Shown piece after piece: positions 17,703 through 25,903 of a stretch of 64,000 bases of DNA (its first letter is position 1; every line of letters starts with the position of its first letter). A program made the translations under genes and the position numbers. Location: positions 2,540-66,539 of the IMG/VR virus record IMGVR_UViG_3300005613_003484. One strand, written 5' to 3'. This DNA comes from a virus. Below the pieces are notes generated by a model. The model saw only the letters and a list, made by a program, of their open reading frames with translations. It did not search any database and was not told the DNA's origin.

Positions 17703-19385
17703 TTAAGATCCTAAACTTCCTTTTTTATCACCCGAGTACCTTCCATATACAGCATCAATCATTTTTTGTTCGGGAGTTCTAGTGTCAATAGGTTTTTTTC
17801 TTGCTGGTGGTTTTTTTCCCTGGTTTCTATATTCCCATGGATTAAAATATTGCTCACCATACATTTCCTGAATTTCAAGAACTTGATCGGTGAGAATATC
17901 AATTGCCTCCTCATCCATCTCAGAAAGAATGTAAAGAGCTTCATCATGATCTTCTGCCTCACCCATGACCTGTAGATATTCGATCATGGCCTCTTCTAAT
18001 TGGCAGATATCAAGAATCTCATTGATCCACTCATCACTCATACCCTCAAGCATGTCAAAAGCGCCCTCTAAGGTGTCTGCGTACCCCTCAGAGAGGAGGA
18101 AGTCAATTAGTTGCTCAATGTCCTCCTTCATGCCGCTCTGGCGCATTCTGTCCTTATCTCTTACAGATGGTCTGTACTTATTCATTCTTGCCTTTTCAGC
18201 TTCTGGAGACTGATTAGCAGGACCAAGGACAGATTTGGCAGCTTTCTTCATTGTACGAAGAATTCCCTCATCAACAGTCTCTTCACCCATAGACTTTAGA
18301 GTCTTTTGAATAACATCATATCCTGCCTGTCCTGGTTTTACTTTCTTGGCAAGTGCTTTATTTGCTTTAGTCCAGGTTGCATAATCCTTTTCTGGATCAC
18401 CAGTTTGTTTTTGTGGTGCTGGTTTTGCAGGTGCAGGTTTAGGTGCAGGAGCAGCAGTAGGTGCAGGTGCAGGAGGTGTGGTCTTACGTCTTTTTTCTTG
18501 TCTCTTTGCTTCTGCTTCTCTCTTCGCCGCCTCTTGTCTTGCTCTGTTTGCTTCAGCAGACCTTTCATCAGATTTTTTCTGTGCTGCTTTTTCTTTTGCA
18601 ATTTTTTCTCTTGCAATTCCACCTTCGCCATATCCGTAACCGGCAGCTACTCTAGCCCTTTCACCTTCTCTCGCTCGCTGAACATCTTTTGCAAGTTGAT
18701 ATCTATCTTGTGCAGCTTGAGTTGGTTTAACTTTTTGAGTTTTTCCAGTCTTCTTGTCTAGAGATACCCACTCACCACCCTTTTTAGCAAGAACGGTTTG
18801 CTCATCAATTTCTTCTACATATTCAAACTCTTCATAAGTTGGGATTTCATTCTTTTTCTTATTGTTTGAAGGGGGTTCAGGAATTTTGTGTAGTGTTTCT
18901 CTTGTTTTCTTTCCAGCATATCCAGCCCATTTCTTCACTTTTCCACCAGTTAGATAATCATCAAGAGCAGATCCTACTCCAGTTGCAACTCCATACTTGG
19001 CTGCCTTTCTTGCCATACTATGGAACTTTGGATTTTGCCAGACTTTCTTAGCGGCACTACTAACAGCAGTTCTAATACCCTCATCAAGTCTTGCATAGAC
19101 AGCACCTTCAACGTATTGAAGTTTTGTATCAAAATTACCTTGCTCATTGATATAAGGTAAAGCAGTTTCACTTTCTAGTGCTTCTTCAAATCTCTCTACA
19201 AGTTTTCCAGCAGAAGCAGTGGAAACAAACTCATTTACATCAGATTCGGAATATCCCTCACTGACCATATAAACACCAATGGTGTTTACAAGAGTTTTTT
19301 CAAACTCCTTAATTGCGTTATAATCTTCCGTCCCGACTTTACTATATGACTCAACGAGTCCCTTTAATTGATTGGAGGGTTGCAT
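17703..19385 (-). CDS. large late protein with alternating acidic and basic modules (putative internal head protein)
   Basis: TATAAATA upstream; repeated acidic xSEGY/MSDEW modules, Pro-Ala linker, basic blocks. Confidence 0.75.
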   Translation of the reverse strand: MQPSNQLKGLVESYSKVGTEDYNAIKEFEKTLVNTIGVYMVSEGYSESDVNEFVSTASAGKLVERFEEALESETALPYINEQGNFDTKLQYVEGAVYARLDEGIRTAVSSAAKKVWQNPKFHSMARKAAKYGVATGVGSALDDYLTGGKVKKWAGYAGKKTRETLHKIPEPPSNNKKKNEIPTYEEFEYVEEIDEQTVLAKKGGEWVSLDKKTGKTQKVKPTQAAQDRYQLAKDVQRAREGERARVAAGYGYGEGGIAREKIAKEKAAQKKSDERSAEANRARQEAAKREAEAKRQEKRRKTTPPAPAPTAAPAPKPAPAKPAPQKQTGDPEKDYATWTKANKALAKKVKPGQAGYDVIQKTLKSMGEETVDEGILRTMKKAAKSVLGPANQSPEAEKARMNKYRPSVRDKDRMRQSGMKEDIEQLIDFLLSEGYADTLEGAFDMLEGMSDEWINEILDICQLEEAMIEYLQVMGEAEDHDEALYILSEMDEEAIDILTDQVLEIQEMYGEQYFNPWEYRNQGKKPPARKKPIDTRTPEQKMIDAVYGRYSGDKKGSLGS

Positions 19386-19410
19386 CTTTTCAGTAAACTT
19401 TTTTCTAGAT

Positions 19411-19446
19411 TTATTTATAAAAAAAGAGGGGCAGGTGCCCCTCTTA
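19411..19446 (-). terminator. nrdB terminator whose U-tract runs into a late promoter
   Basis: AAGAGGGGC-acct-GCCCCTCTT-TTTTTATAAATA. Confidence 0.8.
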
Positions 19447-19447
19447 A

Positions 19448-20635
19448 TCAAAGTTGAAATCCAGAAAACTTATTGCTTTCCATATCCTGTTTAATTCCAC
19501 CAACAATATAAGACTCAACTTCTGTTTCTTGTGGGGCCACTTGAAGACCTTTTGAAGAAATCCAGTGTTCAGTCCAAGGAAGTGGATTGTTTTTGGAAGA
19601 GATTTCATAAATTGGTTTGATTCCAATCGCCTTTAATCGACGATTGGCAATCCATTCAACATATTTTTGAAGTAGTTTCTGATTCAAACCAATCATAGAT
19701 CCGTCTCTGAACAGATATTCTGCCCAAAGTTTTTCTTGATTGACAGCATTTTCAAAAGTCTTAATTACCCAAGACTCTTCTTCTTTGGCAATTTTCTTCA
19801 TATCAGGATCATCACCATTTGCCCAATTCTTCAGAATGTTTTGAGTAATAACTAAGTGCTGATTTTCGTCCCTTGCGATGAGGGATATAATTTTAGCACT
19901 TCCTTCCATGAGTTTAAGCTCACCGAAGGCAAATGAACATGCGAATGACACATAGAATCGTATGCCCTCCAGAATGTTGACATTTGCGACTGCACGGTAG
20001 AGTTTTCTTTTGAGATCATAAAGATTTGATTCAGCTGCAGGAACACCCTCTAATACATGAATCCATTCATTACCTGATGAATAAGATGATGCGGACTGAA
20101 TAAAATCATTATAGGATTCAGTTACACTATGAGCACGTTCTAGAATACGGTCATCTGTGAGGATTGTATCAAAAACATCAGAAGGATCTGCATAAACATT
20201 TTTGATAATATATGTATAGGATCTGGAATGAATCATTTCCATAAATTCCCATACTTTCATACACCCTTCCAATTCAGGCAAAGAGCAATATGGTGCAAAT
20301 GCCATACTTGGCCCTCTTCCTTGAACAGAATCAAGCATTACCTGATACTTCAAATTTGAAGTAAAGATATGCTTTTGTTCTGGGCGAAGAGTTTGATAAT
20401 CAGCTCGATCCTTTTGAAGAGAAACTTCTTCTGGTCTCCAAAAATATCCTAATTGTTGAGTCGTTAGTTTTTCAAAAATTGGATACTTGTAAGTGTCATA
20501 CCTTTGAATTCCCAAAGGTTTTCCAAAGAACATAGGTTGTTTTGTAGTATCAACAGTTTCAGAATTGAAAACAGTGATAGAGTCAACCATCTTTGAGTTC
20601 TCCTGAGTGTTTGTTTTAAATTTTACAAGACTCAC
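19448..20635 (-). CDS. nrdB: ribonucleotide reductase class Ia beta subunit
   Basis: FWRPEEV, EMIHSRSY, LEGIRFYVSF, RDENQH, VAPQETE. Confidence 0.97.
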   Translation of the reverse strand: MSLVKFKTNTQENSKMVDSITVFNSETVDTTKQPMFFGKPLGIQRYDTYKYPIFEKLTTQQLGYFWRPEEVSLQKDRADYQTLRPEQKHIFTSNLKYQVMLDSVQGRGPSMAFAPYCSLPELEGCMKVWEFMEMIHSRSYTYIIKNVYADPSDVFDTILTDDRILERAHSVTESYNDFIQSASSYSSGNEWIHVLEGVPAAESNLYDLKRKLYRAVANVNILEGIRFYVSFACSFAFGELKLMEGSAKIISLIARDENQHLVITQNILKNWANGDDPDMKKIAKEEESWVIKTFENAVNQEKLWAEYLFRDGSMIGLNQKLLQKYVEWIANRRLKAIGIKPIYEISSKNNPLPWTEHWISSKGLQVAPQETEVESYIVGGIKQDMESNKFSGFQL

Positions 20636-22910
20636 AATCTTCCTCCTGTGCGTTTTCTAGTTCGTTCAATAGATTGTTAAGTTTATCAGAATTGTCAGAA
20701 ACCTCATCGGTCTTAAGATCATGGGTATTCTGATAATAGGATGTTTTCCATCCATATTTGTAAGTTGTTAGAAGATCCTGAGCCATCACAGAAACTGGAA
20801 CTTCATTGTCTGGATAGTGTTCTGGATTATAACTCCAGTTTCCACTAATCGCCTGATCAAAAAATTTCTGCATAACAGAAACAATTTTGACATAACCATC
20901 GTTTGATGGCATATCCCACAGCAATGTGTAGTTGTTTTTAAGTGTAGCATATTGAGGGACAATTTGCTTAAGGGGGCCCTTCTTGGATTTCTTGATTGAC
21001 AAAAATCCGCGAGGAGGTTCAATTCCATTTGTAGCATTTGATACCACAGAACTACTTTCAGATGGCATCTGTGCAGATAAAGTTGAGTGCCTTAGACCAT
21101 GAGAAAGAATATCAGCACGTAAAGACTCCCAATCATGTTGATATTCTATAGAACTAATTTCGTCCACGTCCTTCTTATATGTATCGATTGGAAGAATTCC
21201 GTCTGCATACTTAGTTCTATGGAAGTATTCACAAGCACCTTTTTCTTTTGCAATTTGATTTGATGCTTTCAGTAGATAATATTGGAATGACTCAGAGAGA
21301 CCATGTACTGCATCCCATGCCTCCTGTGAATCATATTTGAATCCAAGTTTGGCAAGATAGTGTGCCAGACCAATGAAACCGACTCCAAGCGATCTCCGTG
21401 CCTTTGTGGCTAATTCTGCTGCAATGATTGGATACTTCTGATAATCAATGAGTTCTTCAAGACCACGAACGGCAAGATTACAAAGTTCTTCAAGTTCCTC
21501 ATCAGATTTTACTCTACCGACATTAATTGCAGAAAGAATACACAATGCAATTTCACCATCACCATCAATGTGCTGAAGTGGTTTTGTTGGAAGTGTGATT
21601 TCTTGGCAAAGGTTACTCATCTCAACTTTATCCTTGAAAGATGAGTGAGAATTACAATGATCAATATTCATGATGTAAATACGACCAGTTTCTGCTCGTT
21701 CTTTTAGAAGGTCTAGAATGAGTTCTTGGGCACCGATTCGCTTTTTGGGGATTGAATCGTCTGATTCGTAATTGATGTACATAGAATCAAACTCAGGAGT
21801 CCCAAAAGCATCATATAACCCAGGGACATCATGGGGAGAAAATAAAGTGATTTCTCCGTTTTGAATGAATCTTTCATAGAAGATTTTGCTGATCTGTATC
21901 GAATAATCCAGTTTCCGTACACGGTTATCCTCCGTTCCTTTATTATTTTTTAGAACTAGAATGTCTTCTATTTCTTGGTGCCAAATGGGAAAATGGACAG
22001 TAGCTGATCCGCCACGGATTCCATTTTGTGTGCAGCATCGTACAGTTGATTCAAACTTTTTAAGGAAAGGAATAACGCCTGTGTGCTGAACTTCTCCGCC
22101 TCTGATCTTACTGTTGATGCCACGAATTCTCCCCGCATTAATGCCGATTCCAGCCCTTTGTGCGACATAACGGCCAATAGCCATATCGCTAGAAAAGATA
22201 CTATCGAGGGTGTCATCAACATCAACCAGAACACAAGATGCAAATTGGCGAAGAGGCGTTCTGACTCCCGCCATGATTGGGGTTGGGATGTTGAGTTTGT
22301 GTTTTGAGATTGCATCGTAATACCTCTTGACGTAGGAAAGTCTTTTTTCTTTAGGGTATTCTGCAAAGATTGTCAATGCAATCATCATGTACATGAATTG
22401 TGGGGTTTCATAAACTTTCCCACTACTCCTATCCTGAACAAGATACTTGTCTACAACTTGACGAAGACCAGCATATGTGAATAGAAAATCTCGACTGTGA
22501 TCAATGAATTGATCTACCTTTGCAAATTCTTCTTTTGTATAATTATCAAGGATTGCTGCGTCATATACGCCACAATCAATACATTTCTTAACATGATCTA
22601 GGAGAGTTGGAAACTCCCGAATCTTGTCATAAATTTGCTTTCGGATTGAAAACAAAAGTAGTCTTGCAGCTACATATTGATAGTTGGGATGATCCAAATC
22701 AATTAAATCTGATGCAGATCGAATCAAGATCTTTTGAATTTCTTCAGTAGTAATCCCATCATAAAATTGAATACCAGATTGAATTTCAACCTGAGATGCA
22801 GAAACTCCCGCAAGATCTTTACATGCTTCATCGACCATAACGTGCATTTTTTCAAGGTCGATTGATTCGACTAGACCACTTCTTTTAATTACGTGAATTC
22901 CGTTGCTCAT
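20616..22910 (-). CDS. nrdA: ribonucleotide reductase class Ia alpha subunit
   Basis: ATP cone, PTPIMAG, ASCVL, SNLCQEI, MPSESSS, C-terminal CESCKI. Confidence 0.97.
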   Translation of the reverse strand: MSNGIHVIKRSGLVESIDLEKMHVMVDEACKDLAGVSASQVEIQSGIQFYDGITTEEIQKILIRSASDLIDLDHPNYQYVAARLLLFSIRKQIYDKIREFPTLLDHVKKCIDCGVYDAAILDNYTKEEFAKVDQFIDHSRDFLFTYAGLRQVVDKYLVQDRSSGKVYETPQFMYMMIALTIFAEYPKEKRLSYVKRYYDAISKHKLNIPTPIMAGVRTPLRQFASCVLVDVDDTLDSIFSSDMAIGRYVAQRAGIGINAGRIRGINSKIRGGEVQHTGVIPFLKKFESTVRCCTQNGIRGGSATVHFPIWHQEIEDILVLKNNKGTEDNRVRKLDYSIQISKIFYERFIQNGEITLFSPHDVPGLYDAFGTPEFDSMYINYESDDSIPKKRIGAQELILDLLKERAETGRIYIMNIDHCNSHSSFKDKVEMSNLCQEITLPTKPLQHIDGDGEIALCILSAINVGRVKSDEELEELCNLAVRGLEELIDYQKYPIIAAELATKARRSLGVGFIGLAHYLAKLGFKYDSQEAWDAVHGLSESFQYYLLKASNQIAKEKGACEYFHRTKYADGILPIDTYKKDVDEISSIEYQHDWESLRADILSHGLRHSTLSAQMPSESSSVVSNATNGIEPPRGFLSIKKSKKGPLKQIVPQYATLKNNYTLLWDMPSNDGYVKIVSVMQKFFDQAISGNWSYNPEHYPDNEVPVSVMAQDLLTTYKYGWKTSYYQNTHDLKTDEVSDNSDKLNNLLNELENAQEEDCESCKI

Positions 22911-23875
22911 ATCTTTTTCCAATTTAAGAATTTTAGTTTTGCTTCCAGACCGGAGTATGTATTAGATTTTATCACACTTTGAACATCATGTCCAGATAAA
23001 ACCATGTCATTGATATCCTTTTCGGTTACATGACTTGGCCAGATGACGACCTTTTCGTTTCTTTCAATACAAGATTCAATTCTCCTGACAATCTCTCGAT
23101 TGCGGGGTTCATTATCATAAACAAAAACGAGATCGCTTCCCTCAAGACAACGAACGTCACCATCGCTGCCACACAAAGCCACACTATTGCTAAGGAAAGT
23201 GCTGTCGAAGGGTCCTTCGACCACATAGATTGGTAATTCTTTATTGATTGTATCAAGTCCATATATCTTTGGTACTCCTTCAGCAAGCATTACAGTAATG
23301 TATTTAACAGATTTTTTATCTAATGCTCTTCCTTGAAATCCAACCAAACTTTTTTCCTGGTATAGAGGAATAATAATCCTGGGTTCTTGACGTAAATTTT
23401 TATAGTGATCATTTCCAAATGTTTCTACAAAAGCACGAAAGTCTTCTGCATAATAGAATTTGGTAGGATCAACTTTACGGTTCTGAAGATAGGTGCCAGC
23501 ACTTTCTATGTCAGAACATAATGGCAAATGAATACGTTGTGTAAAATTTGGTTTCTCAAAAACAAACTTAGATTCATCTGGTAAAGACTTTTTTCTTGAA
23601 AAACCACTCTTGAATTTTTCAAGATAATACTGTTTGTGTAATTGAGAATCAACATCCTTTAAAAAGTTATTAAAGGATAAACTTATCCCACAATTATGAC
23701 ACTTAAAGTTTGTATTGTTTTTTACAGAATATAGGTATCCTCTTGCCTTGTTCTTATTCCTTTTTGAGTCACCACAAATTGGACATCTAAAATTATATAA
23801 GTTTGACTTGACCTTCTTAAACTTGTGTAAACGTGGGGAGAGTAGACTGATGTACTTGGAATCTATCAGATCCAT
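22907..23875 (-). CDS. gp61: DNA primase (T4 gp61)
   Basis: CPICGDS...CHNC Zn finger; VEGPFDS and DNEPRN TOPRIM motifs. Confidence 0.95.
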   Translation of the reverse strand: MDLIDSKYISLLSPRLHKFKKVKSNLYNFRCPICGDSKRNKNKARGYLYSVKNNTNFKCHNCGISLSFNNFLKDVDSQLHKQYYLEKFKSGFSRKKSLPDESKFVFEKPNFTQRIHLPLCSDIESAGTYLQNRKVDPTKFYYAEDFRAFVETFGNDHYKNLRQEPRIIIPLYQEKSLVGFQGRALDKKSVKYITVMLAEGVPKIYGLDTINKELPIYVVEGPFDSTFLSNSVALCGSDGDVRCLEGSDLVFVYDNEPRNREIVRRIESCIERNEKVVIWPSHVTEKDINDMVLSGHDVQSVIKSNTYSGLEAKLKFLNWKKI

Positions 23876-24269
23876 TTGCGGGTTGAACTTCTCTATGGAT
23901 CATACCGACATTTTCGCTGCGTGTCAAGGTAAGTCCAACATGGGGCAAAATCTGAATTAAGGAAAGAATCGCCGTGAGTGTCGCCCCTGCAGTCCAGACA
24001 ATCCTTTGCAATTCACCAAACTTTCTTTCAAGACTTATAATGTCATTTTCAAGTTTTTTTGTGAGAGAGATCATTGCCTCCTCAGCCTTATCAGAATCCT
24101 CTAGTCTTTGTTCGTGTCTTTCTAAAATAATTGCAACTCGATTGCTGTTCTCTTGAATGGATGAAACCGCTCTTTCCAGTTTATCCATCATCTCTTTAGA
24201 AAGAGATTCATAAATGTCAATTTTTTGTTCAAGAACCGCGAGTCTTTCCACTTTTCTTGTGCCGAACAT
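23817..24269 (-). CDS. coiled-coil protein with C-terminal TM helix
   Basis: LAVLEQK...ILERHEQRL heptads, then WTAGATLTAILSLI. Confidence 0.75.
   Translation of the reverse strand: MFGTRKVERLAVLEQKIDIYESLSKEMMDKLERAVSSIQENSNRVAIILERHEQRLEDSDKAEEAMISLTKKLENDIISLERKFGELQRIVWTAGATLTAILSLIQILPHVGLTLTRSENVGMIHREVQPANGSDRFQVHQSTLPTFTQV
23899..23927 (-). promoter_or_regulatory. sigma70-type promoter for primase-nrdAB
   Basis: TTGACA-17-TATGAT inside the 3' end of the upstream ORF. Confidence 0.7.
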
Positions 24270-24486
24270 TTTTTTTGATCCTTTTAAGTGAATTTTGATA
24301 GAAACTACTTAGAGTTTTGTACCTTTTCTTCCTTCCATCAAAATCCATAACTGGGTCATAACCTGCTGTGGGAGAACCGGAATCTGTTTGACCGCTTCCA
24401 CGATAGAATGCCCCACCACCGGAAGAAAAACTCATTTCTTCACGAATCATTTGAATTATTCTATCCAATAGATATTTATTTCTCAT
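24229..24486 (-). CDS. small protein carrying a copy of the gp23 N-arm motif
   Basis: SFSSGGGAFYRGSGQTDSGSPTAGYDPV matches gp23 residues 63-90. Confidence 0.8.
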   Translation of the reverse strand: MRNKYLLDRIIQMIREEMSFSSGGGAFYRGSGQTDSGSPTAGYDPVMDFDGRKKRYKTLSSFYQNSLKRIKKNVRHKKSGKTRGS

Positions 24487-24854
24487 ACGTCTTTGAGGAT
24501 TTGCATACACTTATCATCTATTGGAATATCTGTCAATGTTGACTTTGGATATTCTGAGAATCGGTTTAAAAAAACTAGAAAGGTTTTAGCACAGGGCCAA
24601 AGACTTTCTTCTAATTTATAGAAAAGAAGTGGGACAGTCGCTTCGCCAAAAACATTAAAAAGAATTATCAAGTGGTTTAAAATTAGATTAACCTTTAATG
24701 CACCAGAAGACTCATATCTTTTGAAGAGTCTTTTAATATATTTAAATCTCTTCATATCTTCATAAAAGTCATCCTCAGTTATCGACTGAGGATTGTCATA
24801 ATATTTAATGGCAAAAAGAAGATAATTCTTATCGTTCAACTCAGAAAACTTCAT
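24483..24854 (-). CDS. conserved T4-like cyanophage hypothetical protein
   Basis: LFAIKYYDNP...DMKRFKYIKRL...LILNHLIIL.NVFG. Confidence 0.8.
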   Translation of the reverse strand: MKFSELNDKNYLLFAIKYYDNPQSITEDDFYEDMKRFKYIKRLFKRYESSGALKVNLILNHLIILFNVFGEATVPLLFYKLEESLWPCAKTFLVFLNRFSEYPKSTLTDIPIDDKCMQILKDV

Positions 24855-24857
24855 TTA

Positions 24858-25448
24858 TCAAGCAATTGGGTAATCTCTATTTCCAGTGGTGATGCCAGAC
24901 ATGGCGACTAGTGTCTCTGCCTTAATGCGAAGATTGCCATGGTTGTCGGTATAGGTCACAACTCCGACCCATCCACCATGAGTTACTGCATCTAGATAAT
25001 CGCTTCTACCGCTCACAGGATCGCTTGTAGTGAGTCCTAGAGTGCCAGCAGTGACAGCATAGATCTTAGAGTTATAATCACGCTGATCATCGGAGGATGA
25101 GGGTGCAAAGGCGGGATCAGTGTCCATGTAGATTGGTTGCTCACTGAAAATCATATATCTGCTGCTGTAATCATTTCCAGCATCCCAATCTCTAGTGTCA
25201 ATCGCCGTTGTGGTAATTGACATACTGGTGGAACTTGCAATAGAAGTGATCACACCAAACCCAGAAGTTTGGCCAAGACCCAGAGTGATTACATTGCCAA
25301 CTTCAAGATTGGTGAAAGTACAAACGCCAATGCCGCCAGTAACTGTACCACCAGAAGTAACAGTAACGATTCCGAGACCAGTTCCTACATTTGCTAAAGC
25401 GTTAATGCTACTAACGCCGATGTTGTCGTTGTTTCCCCAGAGAGCCAT
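24858..25448 (-). CDS. probable virion structural protein
   Basis: MALWGNND start, HGGWVG...GNLRIKAETLVAM end, Gly/Thr-rich; late promoter upstream. Confidence 0.75.
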   Translation of the reverse strand: MALWGNNDNIGVSSINALANVGTGLGIVTVTSGGTVTGGIGVCTFTNLEVGNVITLGLGQTSGFGVITSIASSTSMSITTTAIDTRDWDAGNDYSSRYMIFSEQPIYMDTDPAFAPSSSDDQRDYNSKIYAVTAGTLGLTTSDPVSGRSDYLDAVTHGGWVGVVTYTDNHGNLRIKAETLVAMSGITTGNRDYPIA

Positions 25449-25481
25449 GTCTTTGCCCGTGTTAAATCTCTTTTTATATTT

Positions 25482-25516
25482 GTATTTATAAAAATGGGGG
25501 ACCTAGTAATCCCCCA
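25482..25516 (-). terminator. terminator fused to late promoter TATAAATA
   Basis: TGGGGGA...TCCCCCA-TTTTTATAAATA. Confidence 0.7.
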
Positions 25517-25521
25517 AAAAA

Positions 25522-25689
25522 TTATTTCTTTTTTCTATTTGAAAAGACTATTGCCTTCAATGCGTTTCTAATGAAACGATAGACACCGTTTGCTTTGACG
25601 TGTGGGTTCTCCCCAAGATACTCAGAGATAGCCCATCCAATTGCTAAAATCACGGTTAATCCGTGACTAGCAAGAAGACACTCAATCAT
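25522..25689 (-). CDS. small membrane protein (55 aa)
   Basis: Manual translation MIECLLASHGLTVILAIGWAISEYLGENPHVKANGV...RKKK; ATGA-coupled to the upstream ORF. Confidence 0.6.
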   Translation of the reverse strand: MIECLLASHGLTVILAIGWAISEYLGENPHVKANGVYRFIRNALKAIVFSNRKKK

Positions 25690-25856
25690 TTCAGAAGAGC
25701 ACTTCTAACGATCTCCACAATAGAATCATCAATATCATTGTCAGTGGAATCAGAATAACGCTCAAGGAGTTTTACAACAAACTCTTTGACTTCTTTACTA
25801 TTCCAAAACCAATCAACAATCTTTTCGCCTAAAGATAAAAGGATGTTCCAGTTCAT
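25686..25856 (-). CDS. small hypothetical protein (56 aa)
   Basis: Manual translation MNWNILLSLGEK...VKEFVVKLLERYSDSTDNDIDDSIVEIVRSALLK. Confidence 0.65.
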   Translation of the reverse strand: MNWNILLSLGEKIVDWFWNSKEVKEFVVKLLERYSDSTDNDIDDSIVEIVRSALLK

Positions 25857-25903
25857 TTTAGTAAAAGATTACCTACTCTTTATATAGGTAAGTTAACTCT
25901 TAC

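Noticed and set aside
18410-18485. Short tandem repeats (GGTGCAGG) as a possible CRISPR or VNTR
   Set aside because: They encode a Pro-Ala linker; there is no repeat-spacer periodicity, and no CRISPR array was seen anywhere in the window.
24349-24432. DGR-like template/variable repeat pair with gp23
   Set aside because: The differences are mostly synonymous and not adenine-specific, and there is no reverse transcriptase in the window.
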